Origin: Thalia democratica
Lineage: Eukaryota
Reading direction: 5' to 3'
Length of the DNA stretch: 64,000 bases
NCBI GenBank assembly: GCA_965202585.1
Contig: OZ241832.1
Coordinates: forward strand, 30,256,001 to 30,320,000
Of this stretch, positions 13,572 through 28,308 are shown piece after piece. Below the pieces are notes generated by a model. That model was given only the letters and a program-made list of their open reading frames with translations, did not search any database and was not told the origin of the DNA. Each line of letters begins with the position of its first letter. Positions within the stretch are counted from its first letter, which is position 1. The translations under genes were made by a program, and so were the position numbers.

Positions 13572-16532
13572 TAGCAGAACGAAAAGTTAGAATGGATATC
13601 GATAAGGAAAGTGAACAACTAAAACAGTTCTTGTTAGACGCAAGAAAAGCAGATTTAGAGAGGATTGTTATAATAATGATAAGGCTTACTTTGACCAAAT
13701 ATCAAGATTTTAGAATCATCTAATTATTTTTTAAGCACCTGTAATATGAATATGTGTTACAAAAAAGTGAACAACAACATTTTAATTAAAATGAAGCTTT
13801 ATTATCAATGACAGATGATTCATAGTTGAAAATGGTTTGAAAAAATACTAAAGATTCAACTTGATTTATAAATTTAATTATTTCCGCAGTTTTTTGAATT
13901 AAAACAAGGTGAAGATTTAAAAAACAAAATAGAGTTTTCACAGCCTGGTTTGTCAAGATGCAGTAGAGGGTTGGTACAGAATGTTTAAACCTGTTATGCA
14001 GCGTGCCAACCCTGGAGTTTTCAAATGTATTGCTACTACAATTAATGAACAATAAACTTAAAACAAACAGATGGAAAATTAAATCATAATAGAAGTACTA
14101 AAGCAAAGTACAAAACACTTAAATAAATGTTTCTAAAACTGTTTGGAAAAAGCTTGGCTGATGTAAGCTTTAAAAAAATTATAATAATAATGACACAATA
14201 GATAAAATATTAACATTTCTTCGACAAATAGTCAGCTTGGTTACATATTCTCCTTATAAATTACTAGAATCTAATCACAGAACATAGATAAAGAACTAGA
14301 CGCAAGTCACAAAAAAAAATTCAAGAACCCCTTATGAAAAATTTTATGGTAAAAAATATTTTACTAATACAACCATTTTATTAAACTTAACTTAAATAAG
14401 CACATTTAAAACAGGACTCTAAAATGAAACTCTACAAGCAACCTCACAACAAAAGTAAAGCGTTGAGAGAATTAGTTTGACTTAAACGTAAACAGAAAAA
14501 AAGGTTTTTACGTAAGTTGCTGGACATTCCAGAGTTTCTAGTGGAAATAGAAAAGTCAATAAGATTGAGGTTAAAATTTTTAATTACAACTATAAAAGTA
14601 AATATACTTTGTAAACGCTATTTGGTAGATGTATAAACCATGTGAATGATAATCCAACGTTGAAGGTAAATTTATATAAGATGTACATAACTTTTATTTA
14701 AAAAGAAAGATGAGCGAAACGTAAAAAACAAGTGGTCAAATATCATACAAAAATGCAAAATGTTTTAACATAATTGACTTAGAAAAGGTACTTATTTTGT
14801 TAAAACATTATAGGTAAAAAATTGTATTATAAGCGTTATAATGCTTATCTTTGAGGGTAACAAAATAAAAATCAAAAATGAAAAAAATAAAAAACATAGC
14901 CGACTTTAAAAATAAAGAAAGTTGTTGTTATTATTAATAGTTTCAACTTAAGAGCTTTTTAATAACATTCAACTGCTTATTATCAGAATATTTTCGACTG
15001 CTTTCCGTTTGTAAAAGTTTTCAAGTTATGGCCCAATATGCTCCCTTGTAACCTTGTTAAAAGTTACAAAAACTATTGTAGTTTTACGCATTTCTTAACA
15101 AGTCATAGTTTGTTAAGTAAAAATAAATCACTTATATTTGGAGCAAACACTTTCGACCATGAACATAAACAAAAGTAAGCTACGTTCATATCTTACTGTT
15201 AGCAATCTGCAGTCATTACTGAGAATATATACTTCAAATTACTTTCAGATTTTTAACAGCTTGTTTAAGACTTTTATAATCCACATATGTTTGTTCTTAA
15301 AGCTACTTTTTCAATTATGTAAATGCATGGATTGTCGATCAGAGATCAGAAGAAGATAAATGAAATGTCAGAAATAAAAAAAAAACAAATTACATCGTTT
15401 CAAACTGGAAATGTTATTGATAATGTGAAACCGAGACTTTAAAGGTCGTAACTGCAGTGGACATGTTTGCAACAAAATATGATGATTACTGGGGCGTGCA
15501 GATTCGAAACCGTTGTGTCCCGAGATAAAAACAATTCTGGGTGTTAGCTTAGAGATCTTAGAAGAGCAACTTTCAGTACAAGAGCTTCAAACATGGATCA
15601 AACAATAAAAAACAATTTGAAAAGCGTCAGCTTAATGGCTTTGAAGCTTATCACTATGCAAAATACAGAGACCAAAATAATATGGTAAGAGAAGAAGTTG
15701 AAAGCTTGAAATCTATAAACAATACATGAAGCAAAATACAGAGACCCTGAATGGGACCCACCGACTCAAACACTGCAACAGGCAATTTGAGCTGCATCTC
15801 CTAACAGGTTGATATATAAGAAAATTTCAGTGAAATTTAATGATAACAATTTAGCAAGAATGACTTATCATTTTAAGTGATGTAGTAGTATTTGTTAGTA
15901 ATTAGTACTTTTAATTATTTAATAATACTTAAAACTGGTGACAAATACACTTGAACAACTTGAAATATATTTCTTAGTTTTTCTTTAACTTTTCATAAGT
16001 TGAAGAATAAGATCTTTTTTAATAACTGAACTGTTTTTAAAACTTGAAATAATACTTTTATCTACTTAAATAAGCCTGTTTCATATTTTTGTTTTCTTTG
16101 ACTGTTCTATACATATAAATTTTTTTGTGAAATACATGAGATTGCTTTAAGATGTGATTGATTTCATTTATACTCATTTGAACATGAAACTTATTCTTGA
16201 GTGGATTATTTCAGTTAAGTATAGACTCGAGTGTATTAACAACAAAACTTTTTTACACCACAAGAGCTTACAAGCTTTTCCAACACGAAAAAAAAAACTT
16301 ATTTTAATGCAATTCAATGTGTTTAAATTTAACACATTATGTAGAGCAATGTTACAATGCAATTTAACAAGCAATATTTCAAGTAAAACAATATTTTTTC
16401 ATGTTTTAATTTGTAAAAGAATTCCCGTTGAAAGAAGAAATTGATGCTACAAAAACTGTATTTGCTAAAAATTATACAAATTAACTTTTTTTTTCTTAAA
16501 TTCTTATGTTATTAATTTGTCAGCTTGTTTTT

Positions 16533-16544
16533 CAGGGTTGCCAA
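16533..16544. mobile_element. Possible DNA-transposon terminal motif CAGGGTTGCCAA (also ~24577, ~34308)
   Basis: Resembles (C/T)AGGGTTGCCA termini of DNA transposons. I found no inverted partner. Confidence 0.3.
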
Positions 16545-18229
16545 ATGTTTTTAGCAAATTTGCTCTAGGTTTTCAAAAGTACACATTTTTGGGTCTGTTT
16601 TTAGTTTAAAGCTAAGTTTAAGATGAAAAACTGATTTAAATAGTATAACAAACATTGAAAAGAAACTGTAAAACTAGTTAAGATGTGCTTTTTAACTAAA
16701 AAAATTGTTTAATGATGACAAAATAATTTTATTTATATGTTAGATTTTTTGAGTAATTTACCATAAATAACATCACCAATAGACAACACGACATTGGAAG
16801 GGAAGTAACAGGAGAACAGGATGATAATATATAAGATCAGTATTTTAAGGGAAAGCTATCTGTTGCCTATTGGTGTGCTTCAGTCATTCAAAGAAAACAC
16901 TGTAGTCCGTGTCGAAAAAAACTTAATAGGTTTATTTGCTATCGTTTTTTTTTTACATTGCAATGATACCTTTGTCAAACTACAAGTTCTACTTTTAAAC
17001 TGAGTTTAATTTTTTTGATTAAGATTACAAAACATGGGAAGTAGATTTTGATAATGATAGTTTAGTTTCTTTATTAGAAATTTATGAATTAAGAGACCAA
17101 GATTTTTTTTCATGTCAACATAATATGAGTGTGAAAAACTTAAGTTGTTTGAAAACAGCAAAAGACAACATCCAACTTTATTTTAAGAAAACATTCAAAA
17201 AAAACTAATTTGAAGAAGACCTATTACAATTTAGTCATTTCTACCTGTTTGGTTGAGGTACGGAAATGTTAATTTAGTTGCCTGTTGACTAGCTGAAAAA
17301 TAACTACAGTCCAGAAAAATATACATTTAATTTATGTTATTATAATTGAGCTATCTTTCAAAATCAAGTGAAGCAGTTAAAGTTTTAAGGTATTATCATG
17401 AAGTGACGATGGCTAAAGAGGAAGATACAGGTTACATTAACAGGTACGGTTGAAGGTACAAAACTTCAATTTAAAATACTTTATCAAAGAAATCGATGTT
17501 CACCTGTGCTACCTCATGCGATGAAAATTTTTAATAACGCATCTTGATAGGAAGAAGCATATAAGAACTTCAACTCGGCTGATGTAACTCTTCCTTTCAT
17601 ACGTTGAAAGGTAAAATAGCTCAACGTTAAGAAGAAATACGAGTTATAAATATGAACGAGATGTGCGATGAAAAGTTTAAAAAATTGTTATCAACGCATC
17701 TTGATATGATCGCTTACCCCTTTAGAAGGTCTATCAACAATCCTTGACTTTGTACATCAGTTTGAGTGGTGTTATGAGAAAAAAGTAGTATGCTCTCACT
17801 GCTTTTTCAGCGCTTGCCTGTGAGATTTTTTATGAAAACTATAAGGATATCAACGCTAGGATAAGCTGACATTCAATATCTTACCAAAAATGATAACGTT
17901 GTTAAGCGTCAGCTTGATGGCTTCGAAGCTTATCTCTGTTACAAAAGGAAAAAAAAGTCCAGTCATGAACAAGTGTAAACCAAAAATTCTAATTTACTAA
18001 GCAGTTGTCTTATATAATAAAAAAGACGATTTATCTTATTTAATTAAATCGGTACAACTCAAAACCTTTCAAGAACAGATTATACAATCATAGAACATCA
18101 ATAGAATGAAATATCGTATTTAGAGTAATACGAAGCTTACACGGAAGAAGATCAACAAAATCATCTTGAATTAGTGATTATATAATTAATCAAATTAACT
18201 TTCTTAGAAAAAATCATAGGTAAATCAAA

Positions 18230-18870
18230 AGATGGTCCATGGTAGGTAGGCATATTGAGTTAATCACTTTTTTAAAAGGTGAACCTTAATTTATTTACAA
18301 TACATTGCATATTACATATGAACCATTTAGTTGCTAAAAAGATAAGTTATCATCTACACACCCCATTGATTTTGGAGATTCAAGCTGTGAACAAAGTAAA
18401 AAGGCATGGTTTGCAGACTCTTTTGTTTAAAGAGCTTTGTATTGTCAATGAGGGGGAGTTAGACAACTTATTTTTACACACTAAAGTCCGATAGAAAAGG
18501 TTCTTAGCAGTTTTTGATACAGTAATTGACTTTTTTCTACAAAAAACAGTGATTTACTAAATAAGCTACCAGAAAGAAAAAATGAAATTGCATACTTGTC
18601 TTACCTTCTATGGAAAATTTAATGTTCTGAACAAACTTCTACAAGGAAAAAATTAAAATCTCGCAAAGGTCAAGGCTAGTTTAACCAGCTATATAAACAA
18701 ACTGGAACTGCTTGAAGAAAATTTGAAAAAAGATATATTCTACCAGTTATCAAGCTTAGAAAACTTAAAGCATCAGTCAAGTAAAGATTAAGCAAAAATT
18801 TATTCACTCCACTTGAAAGAGCTTAAAATTGATATGGATCAAAGATTTAAAAATTTATTTCAAAACTTAC
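18230..18870 (+). mobile_element. hAT (FAM200-like) transposase fragment (copy at ~26275-26915)
   Basis: NLFTIHCILHMNHLVAK...RHGLQTLLFKELC...LFLHTKVR; diverged paralog of 7160-7800. Confidence 0.85.
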
Positions 18871-19654
18871 ATGTTTTACTAAAAACGCACAAAAAAATTA
18901 TCCAATAAAACCAGTATTATCAGCTATCAACACTCCAGAGTACAATCTAGCTAAATGCCTAAAAAAACTAATAAATTTGTTTATATGAGAAAGTTAGTGT
19001 TTCATCATCAAATGAATTTGTTAACAAAATATCCAAGCTAAATATTAAAACAGACATACTTAACATAACATTTAGTACATGTTAACTATATTGTTAATTT
19101 TTAAGTATTTTTTCTTATTGATTATTATGTCACTTTATAAAAATGCCACTTGTTAATAGAAAATTATTAAGATATATTAATATGTGTGTTTTAAAACTGA
19201 GAGCACTGATTTTACTTATCTCAATTAGGCCATACAACTGTATAGGAGTTATATAGTTGATAGCAAACTAAAAATGAAAACTATTCTACTGGGAATGAAA
19301 CAAACGGGTACTCAATTAAATTTTAGTATACTGAAAAGTAGATATAATATACTTAATTAATTACAGTCATAACACTTATAGAAATATAACCATACAATAC
19401 TAGGGGATGTATGAAGAAAGAGAAAACTCAAGCGCTCAGAAGTGCTTCACTAAAGTAAAGGAATATCCAAAAGTTCTTATGAATGTTTTTATTTATAATG
19501 TTAACTGTTCCTAAGATAAAGTTTCCAAATCACTATGTAAAAAAAAGGCTTACTACTCATTTTTTTACTACTAGTGACTTTTACTAGTACTTGATTTTAT
19601 TTTATAAATAAAACCAGATTATGAATAATGTTATCTCCCAGATGATTGATGAAA

Positions 19655-20124
19655 AACTATCCATCATAACCATCTCAAAGAGTGTCACATCACCGAGGAC
19701 CTGGTCGCACAGAGGTACAAGGCAGTGATGGAGAAGCTTTGGGATAGATACGACCGAATCGAGAGAATGTATTGGAGAGGAGAGTCCGGAGAATACGGTG
19801 CCGACTTCTACCTGCAGGACCCACAGGGGTTCCGAAAGACCGTGAGCTTTGCCATTATGGATTCCGGAGTGAACCTATGCAAGGTCAGAGACCGCTTCTA
19901 CGGGAAAGAGGCGACGGTGTACGCGCATTCCAACGGTGCGGAGGAAGTGGTCTTCCTAGTGATGGATGATCGAGGGGCCTGGGCGAGAGGCAGCCGGACC
20001 GATTTGAGAAGAATTGGTTTGGAGAAAACGGTTCTTGAAGCTCTGACAGTTGAGGTTTTGGCATGGACCGCCAAGACAGTTGCGTATTGGAATCGCAACT
20101 CGCGAACCCACAGGATACTGGCCG
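19655..20124 (+). mobile_element. R2-like retrotransposon fragment: end of CCHC knuckle plus restriction-like endonuclease (RLE)
   Basis: TI.H.HLKECHITEDLVAQRYKAV (cf. ET..H...C......RH..V), then VVFLVMDDRGAW...LRRIGL (cf. RLE C-terminal p.vvgsRGaW...L..lG). Confidence 0.75.
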
Positions 20125-20330
20125 ATAGTTAAAGTCTGAATGCAGAAACTGAAATAGAAGTGTTGATGGCAGCAATCACATGGTTGAATTCAGGTAATGG
20201 AAGAGAATTTTTCGAAGAACTTTTTTTATATATTCGATTTTCCTTTTTGCACGGAAAACATTAGAACATCTCAGTTAGAAAATTTGTTAAATGATCAGAT
20301 GTTAAGGAACGCTCTAGAAAACAGTTTAAA
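20125..20330 (+). pseudogene. BACK-domain (BTB-kelch) gene fragment; copy at ~28169-28375
   Basis: SLNAETEIEVLMAAITWLNSGNGREFFEELFLYIRFSFL fits the BACK consensus L.v..E..Vf.a...W......R...l..ll..iRf.ll. Confidence 0.75.
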
Positions 20331-20615
20331 TTACACATGTTCAGTCAGTGTGTTAAGATAAAAAGTATATTGAAATTTTCATTTTATTGAAAAACCAGCA
20401 GACAAGGCAATATTTTACAAGAAAGTTTTAAACGATGAAGAAGAATTTTTAGTTCTTAGTTAATAGTTTTCAAGGAGTTCTGAATGAAAAATATTCTTAA
20501 CGCCAACGATCAAAAATAGAACAGTTCTTGAAAGGTAAAAGCAGAGTTGTAAAATTGTTTGGATTGGAGAGAAGCATGAAAATTCTTAAGTAATAATTGG
20601 TAGGATTTTTTTATA

Positions 20616-20876
20616 ATGCATACAAACTTCAACAGGTTTGTCAGAACGCATTTCAAGAACATTTTCGACTTGAAGTTTTTAGTGACTCGTCACTCCCATT
20701 TCGAAGGGGTGAAACACCGTGGGCTGATGACTATTATGAAGAATGTCGGTTTGGAAGTAAAGAAAGGCCATCACGGTGGAAGAGACGCTGAAATGGCGAT
20801 GGATCTTTTTTTCTACTGTGCTAAGAATGTTCCAGACTATCGCAACTACGAGAACCAGCTTTGGAGTTTGTGCTAA
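20616..20876 (+). pseudogene. CAF1-family nuclease fragment, copy 2
   Basis: Identical translation to 196-456. Confidence 0.6.
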
Positions 20877-21394
20877 GATACGAAGAAATAACTCTCGAAA
20901 ATTATTAGGACATTTATAGGAATTTTTGTTGTTCGTCTAATAAACTTTATTAGTAAATAGAAAAACTTTAAACAGTTATTCTTAAAAGTGTCAAGTAAAC
21001 TTAAATAATATTTCAGTTTAGATAAATGTACAGATTCGGTATCTGATAAGAATTTAAACAGATTAATTTTATAGAATTATTTTTAACTTATAAGTTTGGT
21101 CATAGCATAAAAGAAAGAAAAATGTTAAACATAATTCTTTTGAAGAAATTGGTTAGTCAATTTCGACAGAAATTATGAATCAATAAATGGTGTTCCTTTA
21201 TTATGTCAAGATTGACAAACAACTTGACACTTTTGTATTTTTTACCCGGAGAACAAAATTAACCAGGATATATTAATTTTAATTGTACTATTCATCATTT
21301 TTGTTTATCTAAATTTTGTCCGATTTTTCAAGTATTTTTATTTATTTATTTTAATCGTTGGGTATGATAATTTAAATTGCACTGTTCGTTATTT

Positions 21395-22464
21395 CATTAG
21401 ATATATACATAACTGCTAAGTTGTAGAGAGATTTTGGGGCTTTTTACAGCCAGACAGAGTCAATGCTGATAGGACAGCAAATGTTATTCTGACAGAGCTA
21501 GAAAAAAAAAGAGGATAAAAAGAAAGTTGTGCGCACACTTATGATGGTGCTTCAACTTGTGTGTTCAATTAAAAATTTTTAAAGCCAATGATGCTGAACT
21601 ATATATTTTTAAAACAGTACTAATATGCATCTGATAAACAAGTTTACTCTTTTCAAACATTTAAATTAGTATTAGCAAAAAAACGTATAAAGCAACACTT
21701 TGTTTGCAGAAATAATCAAATTAACCATCGAAAAACAAGTCATAAACACGCATGTGAAGAAACACACAAAGAATATAAAAAAGGCATTTTAAAAAATTGA
21801 GCTGTTTCAGATAGCAAACTAAAAATAATTCTACTGGGAATGAAACAAACGGGTATTCAATTAAGTTCTAGTATACCAAAAGTAGATACGTTATACTTAA
21901 TTAATAACAGTTAAAAAATATAACCACTAAGTACCATACATCTAGAGTTGCTTGGTGGATTTCACTATATATTTCCTATTTTTCGAACTGAACATACTAA
22001 ACAGAAGCATAAAATTATGGACAAAAAATAAAATCGAAGAGAAGATCTAGATGATTTCGAGTATATTCAGTATGTAGAACTACCACATTTATAAATAAAA
22101 GTAGATAAAATCTACAGGTAAAATTTATTGTTATTAGGATCATATTTTGTAATTCATTTCAAAGATTTAAGTCATATATAACAGTGAACGACTATTTGAA
22201 AAGTTTATTTAACAAAAGAGTCAAAGGAAAAATGTAATCTTTGATGACAAAAATAGCTTGTTAAAGAACTTGTGGATATCATCTATTGTGGTTGCCTGCG
22301 AGCTTACTTTCTGTGTTTTTCTTGCGCGGTCAACAGATCTGATGCCGGCATTACTAATATTCGTTTGCCGCATAGATCTGTTCAACTCATGCAAGGAAAA
22401 CAAAAAGAAGATTCTGATTTGCCGGAAACAGTTCTCACTCCTGATAAGAGAACATTCAGAACGC
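21395..22464. repeat. Junction zone made of a close copy of 10711-11256 (21395-21940) and a diverged paralog of 12621-13155 (21941-~22464)
   Basis: Direct sequence comparison at both breakpoints. Confidence 0.85.
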
Positions 22465-25400
22465 CTACAAACTCTACAAGCAACCTCAAAACAAAAGTAA
22501 AGCTTGGGAATTAGTTTCGACTTTTAAGAAACAATATTTTATAGAAACAAAAAAAAGGTTTTTAAGTAAGTTGCTGGACATTCCAGAGTTTCTAGTGGAA
22601 ATAGAAAAGTCAATAAGATTGAGGTTAAAATTTTTAATTACAACTATAAAAGTAAATATACTTTGTAAACGCTATTTGGTAGATGTATAAACCATGTGAA
22701 TGATAATCCAACGTTGAAAGTAAATTTATAAAAGATGTAGATAACTTTAAAGAAAGATGAGCGAAACTTAAAAAACAAGTGGTCAAATATCATACAAAAA
22801 TGCAAAATGTTTTAACATAATTGACTTAGAAAAGGTACTTATTTTGTTAAAACATTATAGGTAAAAAATTGTATTATAAGCGTTATAATGCTTATCTTTG
22901 AGGGTAACAAAATCAAAATCATAAATGAAAAAAATAAAAAACATAGCCGACTTTAAAAATAAAGAAAGTTGTTGTTATTATTAATAGTTTCAACTTAAGA
23001 GCTTTTTAATAACATTCAACTGCTTATTATCAGAATATTTTCGACTGCTTTCCGTTTGTAAAAGTTTTCAAGTTATGGCCCAATATGCTCCCTTGTAACC
23101 TTGTTAAAAGTTACAAAAACTATTGTAGTTTTACGCATTTCTTAACAAGTCATAGTTTGTTAAGTAAAAATAAAACACTTATATTTGTGAGCAAACACTT
23201 TCGACCATGAACATAAACAAAAGTAAGCTACGTTCATATCTTACTGTTAGCAATCTGCAGTCATTACTGAGAATATATACTTCAAATTACTTTCAGATTT
23301 TTAACAGCTTGTTTAAGACTTTTATAATCCACATATGTTTGTTCTTAAAGCTACTTTTTCAATTTTGTAAATGCATGGATTGTCGATCAGAGATCAGAAG
23401 AAGATAAATGAAATGTCAGAAATAAAAAAAAAAACAAATTACATCGTTTCAAACTGGAAATGTTATTGATAATGTGAAACCGAGACTTTAAAGGTCGTAA
23501 CTGCAGTGGACATGTTTGCAACAAAATATGATGATTACTGGGGCGTGCAGATTCGAAACCGTTGTGTCCCGAGATAAAAACAATTCTGGGTGTTAGCTTA
23601 GAGATCTTAGAAGAGCAACTTTCAGTACAAGAGCTTCAAACATGGATCAAACAATAAAAAACAATTTGAAAAGCGTCAGCTTAATGGCTTTGAAGCTTAT
23701 CACTATGCTAAATACAGAGACCAAAATAATATGGTAAGAGAAGAAGTTGAAAGCTTGAAATCTATAAACAATACATGAAGCAAAATACAGAGACCCTGAA
23801 TGGGACCCACCGACTTAAACACTGCAACAGGCAATTTGAGCTGCATCTCCTAACAGGTTGATATATAAAAAAATTTCAGTGAAATTTAATGATAATAATT
23901 TAGCCGGAATAACTTATCATTTTAAGTGATGTAGTAGTATTTGTTAGTAATTAGTACTTTTAATTATTTAATAATACTTAAAACTGGTGACAAATACACT
24001 TGAACAACTTGAAATATATTTCTTAGTTTTTCTTTAACTTTTCATAAGTTGAATAAGATCTTTTTTAATAACTGAACTGTTTTTAAAACTTGAAATAATA
24101 CTTTTATCTACTTAAATAAGCCTGTTTCATATTTTTGTTTTCTTTGACTGTTCTATACATATAAATTTTTTTGTGAAATACATGAGATTGCTTTAAGATG
24201 TGATTGATTTCATTTATACTCATTTGAACATGAAGCTTATTTTTTAAGTGGATTATTTCAGTTAAGTATAGACTCGAGTGTATTAACAACAAAACTTTTT
24301 TACACCAGAGCTTACAAGCTTTTCCAACACGAAAAAAAAAACTTATTTTAATGCAATTCAATGTGTTTAAATTTAACACATTATGTAGAGCAATGTTACA
24401 ATGCAATTTAACAAGCAATATTTCAAGTAAAACAATATTTTTTCATGTTTTAATTTGTAAAAGAATTCCCGTTGAAAGAAGAAATTGATGCTACAAAAAC
24501 TGTATTTGCTAAAAATTATACAAATTAACTTTTTTTTTCTTAAATTCTTATGTTATTAATTTGTCAGCTTGTTTTTCAGGGTTGCCAAATGTTTTTAGCA
24601 AATTTGCTCTAGGTTTTCAAAAGTACACATTTTTGGGTCTGTTTTTAGTTTAAAGCTAAGTTTAAGATGAAAAACTGATTTAAATAGTATAACAAACATT
24701 GAAAAGAAACTGTAAAACTAGTTAAGATGTGCTTTTTAACTAAAAAAATTGTTTAATGATGACAAAATAATTTTATTTATATGTTAGATTTTTTGAGTAA
24801 TTTACCATAAATAACATCACCAATAGACAACACGACATTGGAAGGGAAGTAACAGGAGAACAGGATGATAATATATAAGATCAGTATTTTAAGGGAAAGC
24901 TATCTGTTGCCTATTGGTGTGCTTCAGTCATTCAAAGAAAACACTGTAGTCCGTGTCGAAAAAAACTTAATAGGTTTATTTGCTATCGTTTTTTTTTACA
25001 TTGCAATGATACCTTTGTCAAACTACAAGTTCTACTTTTAAACTGAGTTTAATTTTTTTGATTAAGATTACAAAACATGGGAAGTAGATTTTGATAATGA
25101 TAGTTTAGTTTCTTTATTAGAAATTTATGAATTAAGAGACCAAGATTTTTTTTCATGTCAACATAATATGAGTGTGAAAAACTTAAGTTGTTTGAAAACA
25201 GCAAAAGACAACATCCAACTTTATTTTAAGAAAACATTCAAAAAAAACTAATTTGAAGAAGACCTATTACAATTTAGTCATTTCTACCTGTTTGGTTGAG
25301 GTACGGAAATGTTAATTTAGTTGCCTGTTGACTAGCTGAAAAATAACTACAGTCCAGAAAAATATACATTTAATTTATGTTATTATAATTGAGCTATCTT

Positions 25401-27698
25401 TCAAAATCAAGTGAAGCAGTTAAAGTTTTAAGGTATTATCATGAAGTGACGATGGCTAAAGAGGAAGATACAGGTTACATTAACAGGTACGGTTGAAGGT
25501 ACAAAACTTCAATTTAAAATACTTTATCAAAGAAATCGATGTTCACCTGTGCTACCTCATGCGATGAAAATTTTTAATAACGCATCTTGATAGGAAGAAG
25601 CATATAAGAACTTCAACTCGGCTGATGTAACTCTTCCTTTCATACGTTGAAAGGTAAAATAGCTCAACGTTAAGAAGAAATACGAGTTATAAATATGAAC
25701 GAGATGTGCGATGAAAAGTTTAAAAAATTGTTATCAACGCATCTTGATATGATCGCTTACCCCTTTAGAAGGTCTTTCAACAATCCTTGACTTTGTACAT
25801 CAGTTTGAGTGGTGTTATGAGAAAAAAGTAGTATGCTCTCACTGCTTTTTCAGCGCTTGCCTGTGAGATTTTTTATGAAAACTATAAGGATATCAACGCT
25901 AGGATAAGCTGACATTCAATATCTTACCAGAAATGATAACGTTGTTAAGCGTCAGCTTGATGGCTTCGAAGCTTATCTCTGTTACAAAAGGAAAAAAAAG
26001 TCCAGTCATGAACAAGTGTAAACCAAAAATTCTAATTTACTAAGCAGTTGTCTTATATAATAAAAAAGACGATTTATCTTATTTAATTAAATCGGTACAA
26101 CTCAAAACCTTTCAAGAACAGATTATACAATCATAGAACATCAATAGAATGAAATATCGTATTTAGAGTAATACGAAGCTTACACGGAAGAAGATCAACA
26201 AAATCATCTTGAATTAGTGATTATATAATTAATCAAATTAACTTTCTTTAGAAAAAATCATAGGTAAATCAAAAGATGGTCCATGGTAGGTAGGCATATT
26301 GAGTTAATCACTTTTTTAAAAGGTGAACCCTAATTTATTTACAATACATTGCATATTACATATGAACCATTTAGTTGCTAAAAAGATAAGTTATCATCTA
26401 CACACCCCATTGATTTTGGAGATTCAAGCTGTGAACAAAGTAAAAAGGCATGGTTTGCAGACTCTTTTGTTTAAAGAGCTTTGTATTGTCAATGAGGGGG
26501 AGTTAGACAACTTATTTTTACACACTAAAGTCCGATAGAAAAGGTTCTTAGCAGTTTTTGATACAGTAATTGACTTTTTTCTACAAAAAACAGTGATTTA
26601 CTAAATAAGCTACCAGAAAGAAAAAATGAAATTGCATACTTGTCTTACCTTCTATGGAAAATTTAATGTTCTGAACAAACTTCTACAAGGAAAAAATTAA
26701 AATCTCGCAAAGGTCAAGGCTAGTTTAACCAGCTATACAAACAAACTGGAACTGCTTGAAGAAAATTTGAAAAAAGATATATTCTACCAGTTATCAAGCT
26801 TAGAAAACTTCAAGCATCAGTCAAGTAAAGATTAAGCAAAAATTTATTCACTCCACTTGAAAGAGCTTAAAATTGATATGGATCAAAGATTTAAAAATTT
26901 ATTTCAAAACTTACATGTTTTACTAAAAACGCACAAAAAAATTATCCAATAAAACCAGTATTATCAGCTATCAACACTCCAGAGTACAATCTAGCTAAAT
27001 GCTTAAAAAAACTAATAAATTTGTTTATATGACAAAGTTAGTGTTTCATCATCAAATGAATTTGTTAACAAAATATCCAAGCTAAATATTAAAACAGACA
27101 TACTTAACATAACATTTAGTACATGTTAACTATATTGTTAATTTTTAAGTATTTTTTCTTATTGATTATTATGTCACTTTATAAAAATGCCACTTGTTAG
27201 TAGAAAATTATTAAGATATATTAATATGTGTGTTTTAAAACTGAGAGCACTGATTTTACTTATCTCAATTAGGCCATACAACTGTATAGGAGTTATATAG
27301 TTGATAGCAAACTAAAAATTAAAACTATTCTACTAGGAATGAAACAAACGGGTACTCAATTAAATTTTAGTATACTGAAAAGTAGATATTATATACTTAA
27401 TTAATTACAGTCATAACACTTATAGAAATATAACCATACAATACTAGGGGATGTATGAAGAAAGAGAAAACTCAAGCGCTCAGAAGTGCTTCACTAAAGT
27501 AAAGGAATATCCAAAAGTTCTTATGAATATTTTTATTTATAATGTTAACTGTTCCTAAGCTAAAGTTTCCAAATCACTATGTAAAAAAAAGGCTTACTAC
27601 TCATTTTTTTACTACTAGTGACTTTTACTAGTACTTGATTTTATTTTATAAATAAAACCAGATTATGAATAATGTTATCTCCCAGATGATTGATGGAA

Positions 27699-28308
27699 AA
27701 CTATCCATCATAACCATCTCAAAGAGTGTCACATCACCGAGGACCTGGTCGCACAGAGGTACAAGGCAGTGATGGAGAAGCTTTGGGATAGATACGACCG
27801 AGTCGAGAGAATGTATTGGAGAGGCGAGTCCGGAGAATACGGTGCAGACTTCTACCTGCAGGGCCCACAGAGGTTCCGAAAGACCGTGAGCTTTGCCATT
27901 ATGGATTCCGGAGTGAACCTATGTAAGGTAAGAGACCGCTTCTATGGGAAAGAGGCGACGGTGTACGCGCATTCCAACGGTGCGGAGGAAGTGGTCTTCC
28001 TAGTGATGGAAGATCGAGGGGCCTGGGCGAGAGGCAGCCGGACCGATTTGAGAAGAATTGGTTTGGAGAAAACGGTTCTTGAAGCTCTGACAGTTGAGGT
28101 TTTGGCATGGACCGCCAAGACAGTTGCGTATTGGAATCGCAACTCGCGAACCCACAGGATACTGGCCGATAGTTTAAGTCTAAATGCAGAAACTGAAATA
28201 GAAGTGTTGATGGCAGCAATCACATGGTTGAATTCAGGTAATGGAAGAGAATTTTTCGAAGAACTTTTTTTATATATTCGATTTTCCTTTTTGCACGGAA
28301 AACATTAG
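27699..28308 (+). mobile_element. Second copy of the R2-like RLE fragment, fused in frame to the BACK fragment (ORF 27769-28308, 179 aa)
   Basis: gat agt TTA agt reads through here, whereas the first copy has gat agt TAA agt at 20130-20132. Confidence 0.75.

Larger units (their letters stand above)
14426..21394. repeat. ~7-kb block duplicated at 22469-29430 (period about 8044 bp)
   Basis: Matching ORFs at offset 8044 (18279/26323, 19725/27769, 20597/28641), with only scattered substitutions and small indels. Confidence 0.95.
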
